Part shown: piece after piece, positions 20,001-28,411 of the stretch | How the letters are laid out: every line of letters begins with the position of its first letter | Numbering within the stretch: position 1 is the first letter of the stretch | IMG/VR virus record: IMGVR_UViG_3300032301_000602 | Coordinates: 1 to 54,093 of that record | Source of the DNA: a virus | Taxonomy: Duplodnaviria > Caudoviricetes | Reading direction: 5' to 3' (one strand) | Length of the DNA stretch: 54,093 nucleotides | Notes under the pieces: model-generated | Database searches by the model: none | What the model was told of the DNA's origin: nothing | The model's input: the letters and a program-made list of their open reading frames with translations, nothing else | Made by a program: the position numbers and the translations under genes

Positions 20001-22809
20001 GAGCTATCTTTCGGGAGCCCAGTCCGAGACGCAAAGAAACCAGCGGGATCTTGATCGCGAAGCCAATGAGCGTCTGGCCAAAAAATACGGAATAGAATCG
20101 GATCAGGTCAACGAAATGATGGAGTCAATTGACATCATCAAGCAGATTGAAGCCCAAGAAAACAGAGAGGCACTGGATAACCTCTTGACCGAGAAAGCTG
20201 TCGAGACCCAGCAGGGATTGCGCGAATACAATACGGACAACCTCCGAAGCGAACAGCGTCCCATTGTTTCTTCCATGCTCAAGGTTGATCCCAAGGCCCT
20301 TGATCCCGAAGAGCGTCAGCGTTTCATTCGCATCACAAACAATATCATTTACAACAACCAGACCAATGGCGCGGAATACTTTGTCGCTGTTGCCAAGGGC
20401 CAGCAGAGTGCCCGTGAGGCAGCACAAGACTCCGAAATGATAGCCAAGAACAGGGCTTGGATCAATCTACTTCCTCGTTTTGTTTCGGAAAGAATGCAGC
20501 GCGGATGGGCTCTTGAGTTGCAGTCTGTTGCTGACACGTTCCGCAACGCTTTTGGCAAGGGAGCTATGGCCAAGGTCTACGATGCCATGGGCATGTTGGA
20601 TCTTAACCTTGGGTTTACCAAGGCAAACAATACGATTGATGAGATTCAGAAAAAGATAGCTGAATTCCACAGGGGTATCGAAAAGAAATACAAGGAAACG
20701 GCTCGCAACCAAGACGGCCTCTTGGCCGAGGGAATCGTTGGATTCTTGATCCAGTCCATTCCCAAAAAAGACGAGCTTGCCTCCATCAACCAACGCCGAG
20801 ATCTGATTCGTCAAGACATTGCCAATCGCAGGAGATCATCCGCGCAACCAGATCGGATTGCCATGGCGGATCGCATCGAAACTATTCTCAATCAAATTGA
20901 TGGGGATAGCGTTGAGGCAATCCTGAACAACATGAAGCGCGACTTTCCTCCTAACTACGAATCTCTGATCTGGTACAAGGACACCCTGCTTCCACAATAC
21001 AAAGACTTCTTGAAGAACTTTGACGAGAACTTCAACGATCAGGCCAACAACTACGATAACCCCAACTATCTTACAATTGGATTTACTTCTGCTGGTCCGT
21101 CACTTACCATCACCAATGAAGAGCAGGGCTTGTTCTATAGCCAAGTTAGCCTGAATCCGAAACAGTCTGCTTATACCATAAAGCGTGTTGATTACTCCGT
21201 TCTTCCCAAAGACCCGACCACTAAGAGGTCGAAGGAAATTGAATTCAATCTTCGTCGCAACGTGTTCAATGGTCTCTCCGATCAGATCAACAAGGCTTAT
21301 ACTTCCAGTGGCTGGCAGCGCATCGCCTCCTTTATGAAGACCCCCGAGGCCGAGACGGTGTTTGGTGGTGCGGCCAACAAGGACTTCTTTATTGAACGAC
21401 TCAATCGTCTGCGCCTCTCCCGTATGCGCCGTGGTTCTATGGGTAGTGGTGGGGCTATTGAGAAAGCTGTCGATTCACTTAGCATAATCTCGCGCAAGCT
21501 TGGGACAGGAATTGCCCTTGGTGGTATTTATCAGTGGATCAAACAGCCCCCAGACCAGCTTATCACGGCATGGGGGAGTGGAGGACGGGGGGATCTTCTT
21601 GCCAAAAACATTGCACCCAAGACGCAAAAATTAGCAAGAACCCTCCTTAACAAGTTCTCCATTGGTCGCCGTGGTGACGCCTCTGCTGGTTACAAATACA
21701 TCAACCAGATGGAAGGCCATCAGAACAGGCTTGAGCGTTACTTTAGTGAAAGCAAGTGGGATCAGGCCAAGGAGCAGGCGGGTAATATTGCTGATGTGTG
21801 GATGGTTGCACTCAAGTCCTCCGACTTCTTGGCGGCATCCGCAGCATGGATGACCTACTACGAGGGCGAACTTAACAAACAAAACATCAAGATTGATGAC
21901 TGGTCCAAGGAAGCGGATCTAATTGAGTCCGATCCAGCAAGGCGTCAGGCGGCGGCGTTTGCCGAACAGATGACCGACATCTATCAGGGATCAAGTGACC
22001 CGACTTCCATGGCTACGTTTGCTCAAAGCGGGAAGACTGGTTGGGAAAACTTTGTCAAAGCCATCTTTGTTCCGTTCAACTCCTTTGCCATCCAGCAACG
22101 CATGAGGCTTTACTCCGATGCGCGTGATGCCCTCAATGGAAGCAAGAGTGGAGTGGGTGGGCTTTCTGGAACAATTGGTGGTCTCATTCTTTTTCACACA
22201 ACCAAGCGATATGTTATCCCCGCCATTTCTGGTGTTGGTATCGGGGTTCTCTACGGACTCATGGGTGTTGATATGGATGAGCCCGATGAGGAGAAGCAGA
22301 AGGAAGAAGCAAATAAGAATTGGAGACAATTCCTTGCGGACCTTACTGGCAACTTGTTGGTTGGAGGGACGCCGCAAATTGTTGAATCCCAGTTTATTGA
22401 TGCTATGAATCGGGCATCGTACCTTGTTTCTCTCCAGCTTGAGATTGATTCAATCCTTAATGATAAGGGTGAGATCATGTCCTATGATCAATACTCCAAA
22501 GAGCGTTCGCCATTCTATCGCTACAAGTCTTACGATAATGCCATGAGCTTGGGGATGCTGGACATTGGCATGGGTCAGGTGGAGCAGGTGGCACTCCAAA
22601 CCAAGATGCTGGCATCTCCTGAAGAGATGGAGATGTACACCCCAGAAGAACAGCGTCTCCTCTACTTCTCCGCCCTATCCGAGTGGTTGCTACTCATGCG
22701 CCTTAACGACACTGACTTTGCCCGATTGGTTGGCAAGGCTCGACGCGACATGATCAAGGCGGCAGAAGACCGCGAGAAGGCTATCAAAGCCATCCGTAGC
22801 GGACGCTAA
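14074..22809 (+). CDS. Large polyvalent internal virion protein with ART-like domains
   Basis: 2911 aa; 3x ITFLDEE; Gly/Ala hydrophobic segment; LYRVV..GINLT ART-like domain (~15835-16095); LNHEIAE; AYHGTPH..GTGEG..YGWGLYFAEN (~18274-19040); helical C-half. Confidence 0.8.
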   Translation: MAITFLDEEEDIVAATEPPKGGGGITFLDEEVPTAPTQERPKITFLDEEPEAKTPAPVGTSFIEELAAIPQAIKQSIDQPLEAMGETAEVLGASGLGGTLRGAIEGPEDYVPASQRFMEPQEGEFQVAGFAPQFLPRAIVEQAGQIGGAILTRAGGMAIGGLAGSALGPKGTAAGAVAGAFIGPALFEMGQIVGPVARERAANQGREEPTTDDLAWAWATAGASGALNAVGAKYIPGGDKLTGSLAKRISTAIAGEGSTEGAQAVVQQTGQTFLTEQGFEIKPKEIVGETIIGGGAGGAAVAATAPFTKAAAAAETKVVAEQVAPIAPETAQAVSEQANQVMQEAQADENAETPEQRVARLQEEATAAAGIELEEEVPVSGLPPQPVTPTEGVTGTTASVPVMITRKMEADLLSRGLTQEQVNAMTPQEANDMLAQPVPTAEGAVAPVEPVVEPVSAEPQPAAIVPAGTKEEQDLSAAQERVKKAQEVVDRVRDLPEDNPEVMAAYTERTESRNNLIRSEVAVRHPNSKNISSEERAFLAPLQELAPLRPDEEPLTEGKKWRKGEEVGYNENVGTITKAIPPEGQSNVLYRVVTKEDYERILAAGQIDSDMRGAITPDEGINLTPKTATAAYYLPRGETGVIIAIDTTGLDLNFIQSDSYVRSFKPIPADKIVGRSDFIHKDAETGDYLLRPQDNDPVTNEPASIVNYTKAAPTPKAAPTATPPVEVAPETPNLEPLRRVARAEQAPEDVPSLVDAGLVEVYKDQPVLTEAGIALLPEAERPRLNPEARKIQIDTGSNEVVAEAIAKGLRIGVDQVGFNVRMPAGWTLDGDIYVPPTPQEVAPETATFAKGEMVRVTNRVPTYEGGRVVGGRDELVAGSVTRIMPDGKVEVRLQRGGYQTLAPNEVQKIERPAPEARESRREPSVEMRQQYAPKTEEEQASFDKASSNKVLARSPQLAVAAVRMKNGEITAGEYADLVDAIDPFTAKGADPIPTNEKIYQYMSKTMGASPNTEEGRAKIQKIGAAITSGKVVEFRIDIPTYNESTKAGDTVYSVTAHEPVSETAKQVGKTISHLGIAKVTNPTFMNRAISGKGAAVAIAAGAGKFPLATVKGNYEPITDLPADINDPNVWTEAGYNPIRSSFFVDTRSKDAVVGGSEAIMVGSRVFVKDAVLEPRPTGVTMGERYAKIQMPRPAGMETEAVATKLESLGFGRGGIVSVVNEPDASFEGRTIIRDGKVVGIELNAAALKDDAAVERVLNHEIAESANADGALNALVAGLTPKERKEINDAITRLGYAEKARTAEEAARAVELLAEGWRGRKWFDRAVARVEAWANKLGYKLTRRAAEYIAARNMAEVNDAFRKRTIADALANLKGARRVDFNGLSAVLIPPSEMGFAYSIAAYHGTPHEIKGRFLTSKIGTGEGATAYGWGLYFAENVEVAKEYRERLSRGQYALIYKGVPVHELPSQQKNVILKLVAGIPKETIVGDLESSLRRQEESKPEDWAVPENRERVIADLKEEIEIAREIEKSNIKPRSAGNLYTVEIDVNPEELFDWDKTFPEQNEKVKTAIRNILGDDVVDFILKSTNKNRNGGWFYEMIGGSTDAKTEATSKKAASELLFNNGINGIKYLDQGSRDAGEGSSNFVIFDENLIKITARNGREIDIRESRREDAIPTFSEGSPEASTLSNMKESMAKVDAASEGKPNPENKPTYKISEIASVWMDQGGDIRQLQDLISENTNLTPTNAAKVANAIAKQYDIQQSIATAFIETQTGLSVEALPEGVTLPKEVDPDRPKPVMSRLFDVFMGVRVPPVKIQVNEKAALKDQIRLKAAANRAAKAEQKRTAEEVVEIIKAMELLGPVRPKQVQALAKRAARVIWTSEKSVEAFSEYAAKVVENTNYDADLREAKDAQKRAKQLSTQKKVAMGPQREVLGDISKIPVNKLDDPRMFAEAVNYYLRGFKAVLSPDYVVIPDAEMESYLSGAQSETQRNQRDLDREANERLAKKYGIESDQVNEMMESIDIIKQIEAQENREALDNLLTEKAVETQQGLREYNTDNLRSEQRPIVSSMLKVDPKALDPEERQRFIRITNNIIYNNQTNGAEYFVAVAKGQQSAREAAQDSEMIAKNRAWINLLPRFVSERMQRGWALELQSVADTFRNAFGKGAMAKVYDAMGMLDLNLGFTKANNTIDEIQKKIAEFHRGIEKKYKETARNQDGLLAEGIVGFLIQSIPKKDELASINQRRDLIRQDIANRRRSSAQPDRIAMADRIETILNQIDGDSVEAILNNMKRDFPPNYESLIWYKDTLLPQYKDFLKNFDENFNDQANNYDNPNYLTIGFTSAGPSLTITNEEQGLFYSQVSLNPKQSAYTIKRVDYSVLPKDPTTKRSKEIEFNLRRNVFNGLSDQINKAYTSSGWQRIASFMKTPEAETVFGGAANKDFFIERLNRLRLSRMRRGSMGSGGAIEKAVDSLSIISRKLGTGIALGGIYQWIKQPPDQLITAWGSGGRGDLLAKNIAPKTQKLARTLLNKFSIGRRGDASAGYKYINQMEGHQNRLERYFSESKWDQAKEQAGNIADVWMVALKSSDFLAASAAWMTYYEGELNKQNIKIDDWSKEADLIESDPARRQAAAFAEQMTDIYQGSSDPTSMATFAQSGKTGWENFVKAIFVPFNSFAIQQRMRLYSDARDALNGSKSGVGGLSGTIGGLILFHTTKRYVIPAISGVGIGVLYGLMGVDMDEPDEEKQKEEANKNWRQFLADLTGNLLVGGTPQIVESQFIDAMNRASYLVSLQLEIDSILNDKGEIMSYDQYSKERSPFYRYKSYDNAMSLGMLDIGMGQVEQVALQTKMLASPEEMEMYTPEEQRLLYFSALSEWLLLMRLNDTDFARLVGKARRDMIKAAEDREKAIKAIRSGR

Positions 22810-22812
22810 TTG

Positions 22813-23598
22813 CTATTCGCGAATAGCGAATTTCTCCCGCAGGAAACCGATTGTCTCACCCTTCTTGTCCCGATGGATCAGGCATGTGTTGTGGGTAACG
22901 GCCCAATTAAATAACTCCCTATTCCACACTGGAACAAGGGGAGCCATGAGCGAGGGTCTGCCATTGGGTTTGGTGAAGAAGACGTTAGCCATCATGTGGT
23001 TTACGGGATGGACAAACCAAATGATATCGGGTGCTATCACGCAATCGAAAGCGGATTGATGGATGGGAGAGGCCCCGAAGAATGAAGGACTCCATGAAAT
23101 AACATCCGAAGGGTAGACCGCGCCCCCATTGAGGATATCGTAAGTATCTACCCAAGCCCCCATAAAGGGTCTACAAGCCCTGCTGTACTCGTTTTCCAGA
23201 GCCTGTAGCCAGTCTTGCCTTGCGGGGATCATGTCTGTCTCCCAGAGGAGCCAAGGCTTGCCAAGATCCTTCATGATCTTACAGGTTTCAGCAAACACAT
23301 GGTTGTTGCATGCTGGCCAAGGGGAGGCACATGGCTTGATGTGGTGGAGGACAACATTCCCCCAAGACTCGTTAGCTATCTGGATAGCGGTATTACACCT
23401 AAATCCCTCGTCTGTCACCAAGTGGATTGTGTTGGATTGCTTGGATAAGTCCTTGCTCCATTGTAAAACCTTGAGAGCCTGTCCGTAGTCCTTGGCACAG
23501 AATTGAAAGACCACATTGAATGGTGGGGGTTCCCACTGGTAACCCTCCGGTGAGGCTGTCCTGCATGCTGGTGAACCCCGCATTAAATCTGGATTCAT
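22813..23598 (-). CDS. Glycosyltransferase-like protein (paralog of 48176-49147)
   Basis: WP..NN..F, WLLWETDMIP..WLQALENEY..FMG, GGAVYP, IHRDK.G; ATG 23598 overlaps the upstream stop. Confidence 0.55.
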   Translation of the reverse strand: MNPDLMRGSPACRTASPEGYQWEPPPFNVVFQFCAKDYGQALKVLQWSKDLSKQSNTIHLVTDEGFRCNTAIQIANESWGNVVLHHIKPCASPWPACNNHVFAETCKIMKDLGKPWLLWETDMIPARQDWLQALENEYSRACRPFMGAWVDTYDILNGGAVYPSDVISWSPSFFGASPIHQSAFDCVIAPDIIWFVHPVNHMMANVFFTKPNGRPSLMAPLVPVWNRELFNWAVTHNTCLIHRDKKGETIGFLREKFAIRE

Positions 23599-24869
23599 TG
23601 TGCCATTAATCCCTTCCACTCTTCCCGAACAGCATCAAGTCCTCCCCAACTCCATCCCTGACGGGCCACTAAGGGAGGAAGTTCTTCTTTGGAGGTATCA
23701 ATCCAGTGAAACTCTTCCGGCATAAAGCGTTCGGCGTAGGCCCCAAGGATATTAAACTCACTCAGTCTCCTGCCATCAATCTTGGGAAACCACTCCTCCC
23801 AAGGCCCATGGAGATTGGTAAGATAGTCTCTCACCTTGGCGTATATCCCAATGGGATACACAAGGGGCATCCTCCTCATGTATTCGTAGTCAGGATTAAA
23901 TCCCACATACTGGGCAGTAACCCCCTGCCAAATCTTGGCCTGATCATCCAATTGACTATACGGGGTCTTGAGCATCATGGGTCTTCCATCCACAACCATG
24001 CCGGAAAGCTTGCCAATCATCATGCAATCCGAATCCATGTGGATCACATGGGTAGTATCTGGCGGGACATAGAGGTGAGCATTGAGCTTGGTATACTGCT
24101 GGTCTATATATCCATCTGGATTTTGGGGTTGCACATGGATCACTGGGCATCCAACATCGTGACCAACCGGAGCTACTGCGGTAATTGGAATATCGGGCTC
24201 CCACTTACGAACAGAGGCCAAGCAATACATTAGCCAATCCTTGTCCCTTTCGTAGGTGCGGATTAGGTAGTGAGGTTTGAATTCTTTCATAAACAGAAGC
24301 TTGTAACAGTGTTCAAAAACAAATTCATTGTTAATATCCTCCTTGAGCCATTGGTAGATTTCCTCATATTTCTCCTTGGGTACAGATCTCAATACCTTGT
24401 CTGAGGCCAAGAAGAATGCACAAGTCTCAGTGGTGTAGCGTTCAGGAAGACGGATGTCAAACCTTCGGCAAAATTCCGCAATAGCATTAGGATTGGTAAT
24501 GGTAGAACAATCCACACTCCCGCTGATTACCTCCCTACTGGAGAGCCTGTTGGGGTCATCCGCCCTCCAAGTGCAGGGGAATTGGTAGAACTCGCCATTA
24601 TTTTGAATCTGTTCGTAAAACCCTTCTGCCGATGGCTGATGCTGCAAAAAATCATCTTGGACAAAGACAGTTGTTGGAGCCAGTTGATCATAGTTCTCTA
24701 TGATGTGGCGCAGGTAAACCAACCCCTCTCTTCCTTCATTTTTAATCGGGATATCCTTGACTCCAGAAATAGGTTTTCCCGATTTGTTGTAGACCCATAG
24801 GTCGCCAGAAAGGCAGCGGAATTCAAGACTGCTATGGTGGGAGACAACGATTCTGACTGGTTGTTTCAT
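23595..24869 (-). CDS. Two-domain protein: DUF3431-like N-half plus GT-A (DUF6492-like) C-half
   Basis: NEGREGLVYLRHIIENYDQL..VFVQDD; then IRTYERD..GYIDQQYTKL..HMDSD..SEFNILG. Confidence 0.65.
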   Translation of the reverse strand: MKQPVRIVVSHHSSLEFRCLSGDLWVYNKSGKPISGVKDIPIKNEGREGLVYLRHIIENYDQLAPTTVFVQDDFLQHQPSAEGFYEQIQNNGEFYQFPCTWRADDPNRLSSREVISGSVDCSTITNPNAIAEFCRRFDIRLPERYTTETCAFFLASDKVLRSVPKEKYEEIYQWLKEDINNEFVFEHCYKLLFMKEFKPHYLIRTYERDKDWLMYCLASVRKWEPDIPITAVAPVGHDVGCPVIHVQPQNPDGYIDQQYTKLNAHLYVPPDTTHVIHMDSDCMMIGKLSGMVVDGRPMMLKTPYSQLDDQAKIWQGVTAQYVGFNPDYEYMRRMPLVYPIGIYAKVRDYLTNLHGPWEEWFPKIDGRRLSEFNILGAYAERFMPEEFHWIDTSKEELPPLVARQGWSWGGLDAVREEWKGLMAQ

Positions 24870-25468
24870 TTTCTCGCTACCCAAAATATTCCCTCAACTA
24901 TTTCCAGATTAGAAAATACTTCCTTAACCGCCCTTTCCGTCCCCAACCAATTAATATCATCTCCAAACATGACCCCACCCTCATCCAGAAGGTTCCAGAA
25001 ATTCAAGCAGTCAGCCTTGACATCTTCGTATTCATGGGAGCCATCGATATAAATCAATTGTGCCTTCCTTTCAATTGCCTTCCAAGCAATCGAAGAGGGC
25101 AGTGGCATTGGCAAGACAACATCCTGAACGCCGGAATGAATTACATTTGACAAAAACTGATAATAAACTTGAGGGTATCCATGGCGCAGCATCAGGTCTC
25201 TTTCTGGTGTTTCCCTTAAATCCTTCCAAAATTCCAATGCCCCGAGCCATGTATCAACACAGGTAATCTTGCAGTCAAGACCCGTGGACTGGATGTGCTT
25301 GGCCATAGTGATTGCGCTTTGCCCCTTCCAAGTCCCGACCTCAATAATGTGGTTGGGCTTTACTTGGTCAATGAGGTTTCCGAATAGTGAGCCAGTCCCA
25401 TGCCATCCGAACAGATCTGGCGGCATTGGAGTGAAGTTTTCGTAAATTTCGTTTGTTATTTTATTCAT
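24866..25468 (-). CDS. Class I SAM-dependent methyltransferase (Methyltransf_24-like)
   Basis: IIEVGTWKGQSA, CVDTW, IYIDGSHEYEDV..D, GGVMFGDD. Confidence 0.85.
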   Translation of the reverse strand: MNKITNEIYENFTPMPPDLFGWHGTGSLFGNLIDQVKPNHIIEVGTWKGQSAITMAKHIQSTGLDCKITCVDTWLGALEFWKDLRETPERDLMLRHGYPQVYYQFLSNVIHSGVQDVVLPMPLPSSIAWKAIERKAQLIYIDGSHEYEDVKADCLNFWNLLDEGGVMFGDDINWLGTERAVKEVFSNLEIVEGIFWVARK

Positions 25469-26013
25469 AAGAATTTCGGACAGGATTCAAATGTGGAGCC
25501 GATTCCATCCTTGTGGGAAACAATCGGATTGACCCCGTTTGGTATCGGCCAATCTATTGCTATTGTCTTGTCGTTCCAGATTAGGGTGTGTTCAGAAGCT
25601 GGATCGTAGTAGCTGGTGCATTTGTAGTGGAAAACAACATCATCACTGAGGCTAAAGAAGCCGTGGGCAAATCCTTCCGGTATAAACAACATTAGCTTGT
25701 TGTGTTCGGACAACGCGAATCCCTGCCATTCCCCGAATGTATCCGAAGACTTACGCAAGTCCACGATAACGTCGAAGACACAACCTCGTAGCACAGATAC
25801 CATCTTTCCTTGCGGGTTTGGTAGCTGGTAATGGAGGCCGCGCAACACGTTCTTTTTGGAATAGCTTACATTGTCTTGGACAAACGTTAGTGGTAACCCC
25901 GACTCGTCAAGGGTTCTTTGGTTCCAAGGCTCAAAGAAAGATCCCCTTTCATCCTCAAATACCCTTGGCTTGAGCAGTCGGGCATCCTTAAGATTGGATG
26001 GATAAACTGTCAT
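25465..26013 (-). CDS. rfbC: dTDP-4-dehydrorhamnose 3,5-epimerase
   Basis: FEDERGSFFE, FVQDNVSYS..VLRGLHYQ, QGKMV, DVIVDLR, IPEGFAHGF, YKCTSYY. Confidence 0.95.
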   Translation of the reverse strand: MTVYPSNLKDARLLKPRVFEDERGSFFEPWNQRTLDESGLPLTFVQDNVSYSKKNVLRGLHYQLPNPQGKMVSVLRGCVFDVIVDLRKSSDTFGEWQGFALSEHNKLMLFIPEGFAHGFFSLSDDVVFHYKCTSYYDPASEHTLIWNDKTIAIDWPIPNGVNPIVSHKDGIGSTFESCPKFL

Positions 26014-26561
26014 CAGAACTTCATCACAATCAGGGCATCATCGAACCTGTTTTTGACATTACGCAAGTCAATCAATTCACAGTTGGAGTGGATAGACTTT
26101 AATGAGGAATACACGCTACTCACATCAAGTATGTCTTCAACGATATACACCCCGCCATTGTTCATCCGATCCCGAAGCAAGTTGAAGGTCGCTATCTGAT
26201 CCGATGGTACATGAGATCCATCATCTATGATAACGTCAAAGGTTGTGTCGCCAATCTTGTTGAGCAAGTCCGGTTGCGTTGCATCTGCCTCCAGAACTGT
26301 GAGGCGAGGGCTTTTGAAGTCCGATGTGTCAAAGACCACACTGATATCCGCCCCGTATATTCGGGCATCGTCCCCGAAATACTCGTCCCACATGCGAAGT
26401 GAGTAACCGAAGGCCAGACCAATCTCCAAGATCGTACCAAAGTCCCTATATGGTTTCAGTAGTTCCTCGTATACGGGAATATATGAATGGAGATTCCCTT
26501 TGTCGGCGTGGCCAACATCTCCCTCAAGCCCGTGTTTTTCGTATATCTTTTGTAGCGTCAT
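26013..26561 (-). CDS. Class I SAM-dependent methyltransferase (sugar O-methyltransferase-like)
   Basis: DKG..HSY..VYE, ILEIG..GYSLRMW..YF, FDVIIDDGSH..DQ, GGVYIVEDI. Confidence 0.8.
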   Translation of the reverse strand: MTLQKIYEKHGLEGDVGHADKGNLHSYIPVYEELLKPYRDFGTILEIGLAFGYSLRMWDEYFGDDARIYGADISVVFDTSDFKSPRLTVLEADATQPDLLNKIGDTTFDVIIDDGSHVPSDQIATFNLLRDRMNNGGVYIVEDILDVSSVYSSLKSIHSNCELIDLRNVKNRFDDALIVMKF

Positions 26562-27193
26562 AAATTCATTTCGTAATTTTGTTTTGCATGCCAGTTTGCC
26601 TTGAACTTATAGAAGTCCAACTCTGGAAAATACTCAACCAGCCTTGGTACACTGTTGTTGTACACACATTTGGTTTCAAGGGGAAGTCTTTGTCTTGTCA
26701 AAAATCCCGAATCACCCAGAACAAAAGACTCATTGTGTATCAAGCTATCCTTAATGGCATTCAGAATGGAGACATCACTGCTGGTGTTCCTAAACTTCAG
26801 GATTTCTCTCTTGTGTTTTTCAATAATATCTTTGTTATACACTCCCATATGCATGGAGCAGTTTGCCCCCTCAAATAGCCGCGCATCTTTTAAATTACTG
26901 TTGCCCAAGAGATCCAGAAATCTTTCCCCGAAAAAGCAGGTATCATGGGTGTAGAAAAAGGGTTCATCTCCGCACAGATTGTAGTTGTTCTCAATTAGGT
27001 AAATAAGACCCGTCAAATCGAATGAGTTAACATCTGTGAAGAAAACATTGTGGTATCCAATGTCAATTGGTTCTGCCGATCCTCCCACAATAAAGCAAAA
27101 TACTTCTGGGTTATTATCCAAGATTGCCCCCTCGTTGATCTTCTCAAGGGTTGTCTTGATGTTTCTGATATTGGAATTTATTATTACTTTCAT
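26558..27193 (-). CDS. Putative glycosyltransferase-like protein
   Basis: NSFDLTGLI..FFYTHDTC..YKFKANW; AT-rich; lies within the glycan cluster. Confidence 0.5.
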   Translation of the reverse strand: MKVIINSNIRNIKTTLEKINEGAILDNNPEVFCFIVGGSAEPIDIGYHNVFFTDVNSFDLTGLIYLIENNYNLCGDEPFFYTHDTCFFGERFLDLLGNSNLKDARLFEGANCSMHMGVYNKDIIEKHKREILKFRNTSSDVSILNAIKDSLIHNESFVLGDSGFLTRQRLPLETKCVYNNSVPRLVEYFPELDFYKFKANWHAKQNYEMNL

Positions 27194-27199
27194 TGGATC

Positions 27200-27853
27200 T
27201 CACGCCATAATATAATCCAATTCTTTTTGCGACTTGACCCCGTGGATTATGTCGCACCCGTCCAGCCTAGCTTTCCGAGCGTCCTCAAGGGACCCCGCAA
27301 GGTCCAAGCTGTTCCTACTGAACTCCTTCATCAGGTCATATTTGACGGGAACTTTAGCCTCCTGACATACCCAAGCTAAAAAACAATCTGGAGAACCTTC
27401 AACGCATCCATAGTGCCATTCCTGAGACACAAGCTGTCTTCCAACCTCCAGCAATACCCCTGCCGTGGGGCGGTCAATAAACCAAGGATTGTGTATAAAG
27501 AAATTAGCCTTGCTGTTGTTGTGGCCGTAGCCAGCCAAGTGCGCAGCCATTCCGTTCCATTCTGGAACCTTACTGAAGAACAAAACATCGTATTCGGTAA
27601 TGCAAAAATGAGATGCATCTGTGGTCAGGCAATATTGAATAGTATCTAAAAGCCTGATGGGCAGGTGTTTGCCGTTTATGTAACGATTGGCCCCGATCTG
27701 CACATTAACCACACCCTCTGGCCATACACATCCTCCGTCAGCAGTGCCAATCCCGTGGATCTCGTCGGCCCCCGCATTGAGGTAGTATGGCCAATGCCGT
27801 GCCACTATCGGGTTTGCTTTGGTGTATGATTGTATGGTCAGTAGGAGTTTCAT
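27200..27853 (-). CDS. Putative glycosyltransferase-like protein
   Basis: ITEYDVLF (ExD), HNPW, SPD.FL, IIHGVK; first gene of the cluster. Confidence 0.45.
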   Translation of the reverse strand: MKLLLTIQSYTKANPIVARHWPYYLNAGADEIHGIGTADGGCVWPEGVVNVQIGANRYINGKHLPIRLLDTIQYCLTTDASHFCITEYDVLFFSKVPEWNGMAAHLAGYGHNNSKANFFIHNPWFIDRPTAGVLLEVGRQLVSQEWHYGCVEGSPDCFLAWVCQEAKVPVKYDLMKEFSRNSLDLAGSLEDARKARLDGCDIIHGVKSQKELDYIMA

Positions 27854-27889
27854 AAAAAAGGGGGGGGACGATTCGCCCCCCCCCCCTTT
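27854..27889 (-). terminator. Intrinsic terminator ending the early operon, built from G11/C8 homopolymer arms
   Basis: Minus strand AAAG11-CGAATCGT-C8-TTTTTT directly followed by the ATG at 27853. Confidence 0.65.
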
Positions 27890-27906
27890 GATGTATCCCC
27901 TCTTGC

Positions 27907-28062
27907 TTAGAATTGCAAGGGATTTGCGGTAGCCATTTCCTCCACAAGGGGAAGAACATGGACTGTCTCTTTGCTTGGTTTGCGCGGAGCCTCGACTGTT
28001 GTCACGATGGCGACAAAGACCGAGAGCGAAACCATCATTGCTATGTATTTGTAGTAGTTCAT
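27907..28062 (-). CDS. Small membrane-anchored protein (not in ORF track)
   Basis: MNYYKYIAMMVSLSVFVAIVTTVEAP.. Confidence 0.55.
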   Translation of the reverse strand: MNYYKYIAMMVSLSVFVAIVTTVEAPRKPSKETVHVLPLVEEMATANPLQF

Positions 28063-28166
28063 TTCTTTCTGTATTTAGTTATTTGATCGACGTTGTAGTA
28101 GATGATCATCCCGAAGACAAAGATAAAGAGAAGGATAAAGAATCCATCAACAATAAAGTTGATCAT
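28059..28166 (-). CDS. Small single-TM protein (not in ORF track)
   Basis: MINFIVDGFFILLFIFVFGMIIYYNVDQITKYRKK, ATGA-coupled on both sides. Confidence 0.55.
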   Translation of the reverse strand: MINFIVDGFFILLFIFVFGMIIYYNVDQITKYRKK

Positions 28167-28411
28167 ATCCTGATCCCTTCTTCATCCAACAGGATGCCTT
28201 GGTCCCTAAAATGGTGGAGCAGTTGCCCCATCAACTCGTCTGAAACGATATCTTCAATGTCAATGAAGAATTGTTTGCCGAGCTTGCGGACCTCTGGAAT
28301 GGTCATGGTCAGTTCAATAGTTGAGCTATCGTTCCATATGACAACGACCCCGCCTCGCCCCCGATTGATTGAGGTGTTGGCAGTTGTGGTTATGTGGCGG
28401 TGGGTTTTCAT
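28163..28411 (-). CDS. Hypothetical early protein
   Basis: 82 aa, ATGA coupling. Confidence 0.55.
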   Translation of the reverse strand: MKTHRHITTTANTSINRGRGGVVVIWNDSSTIELTMTIPEVRKLGKQFFIDIEDIVSDELMGQLLHHFRDQGILLDEEGIRI

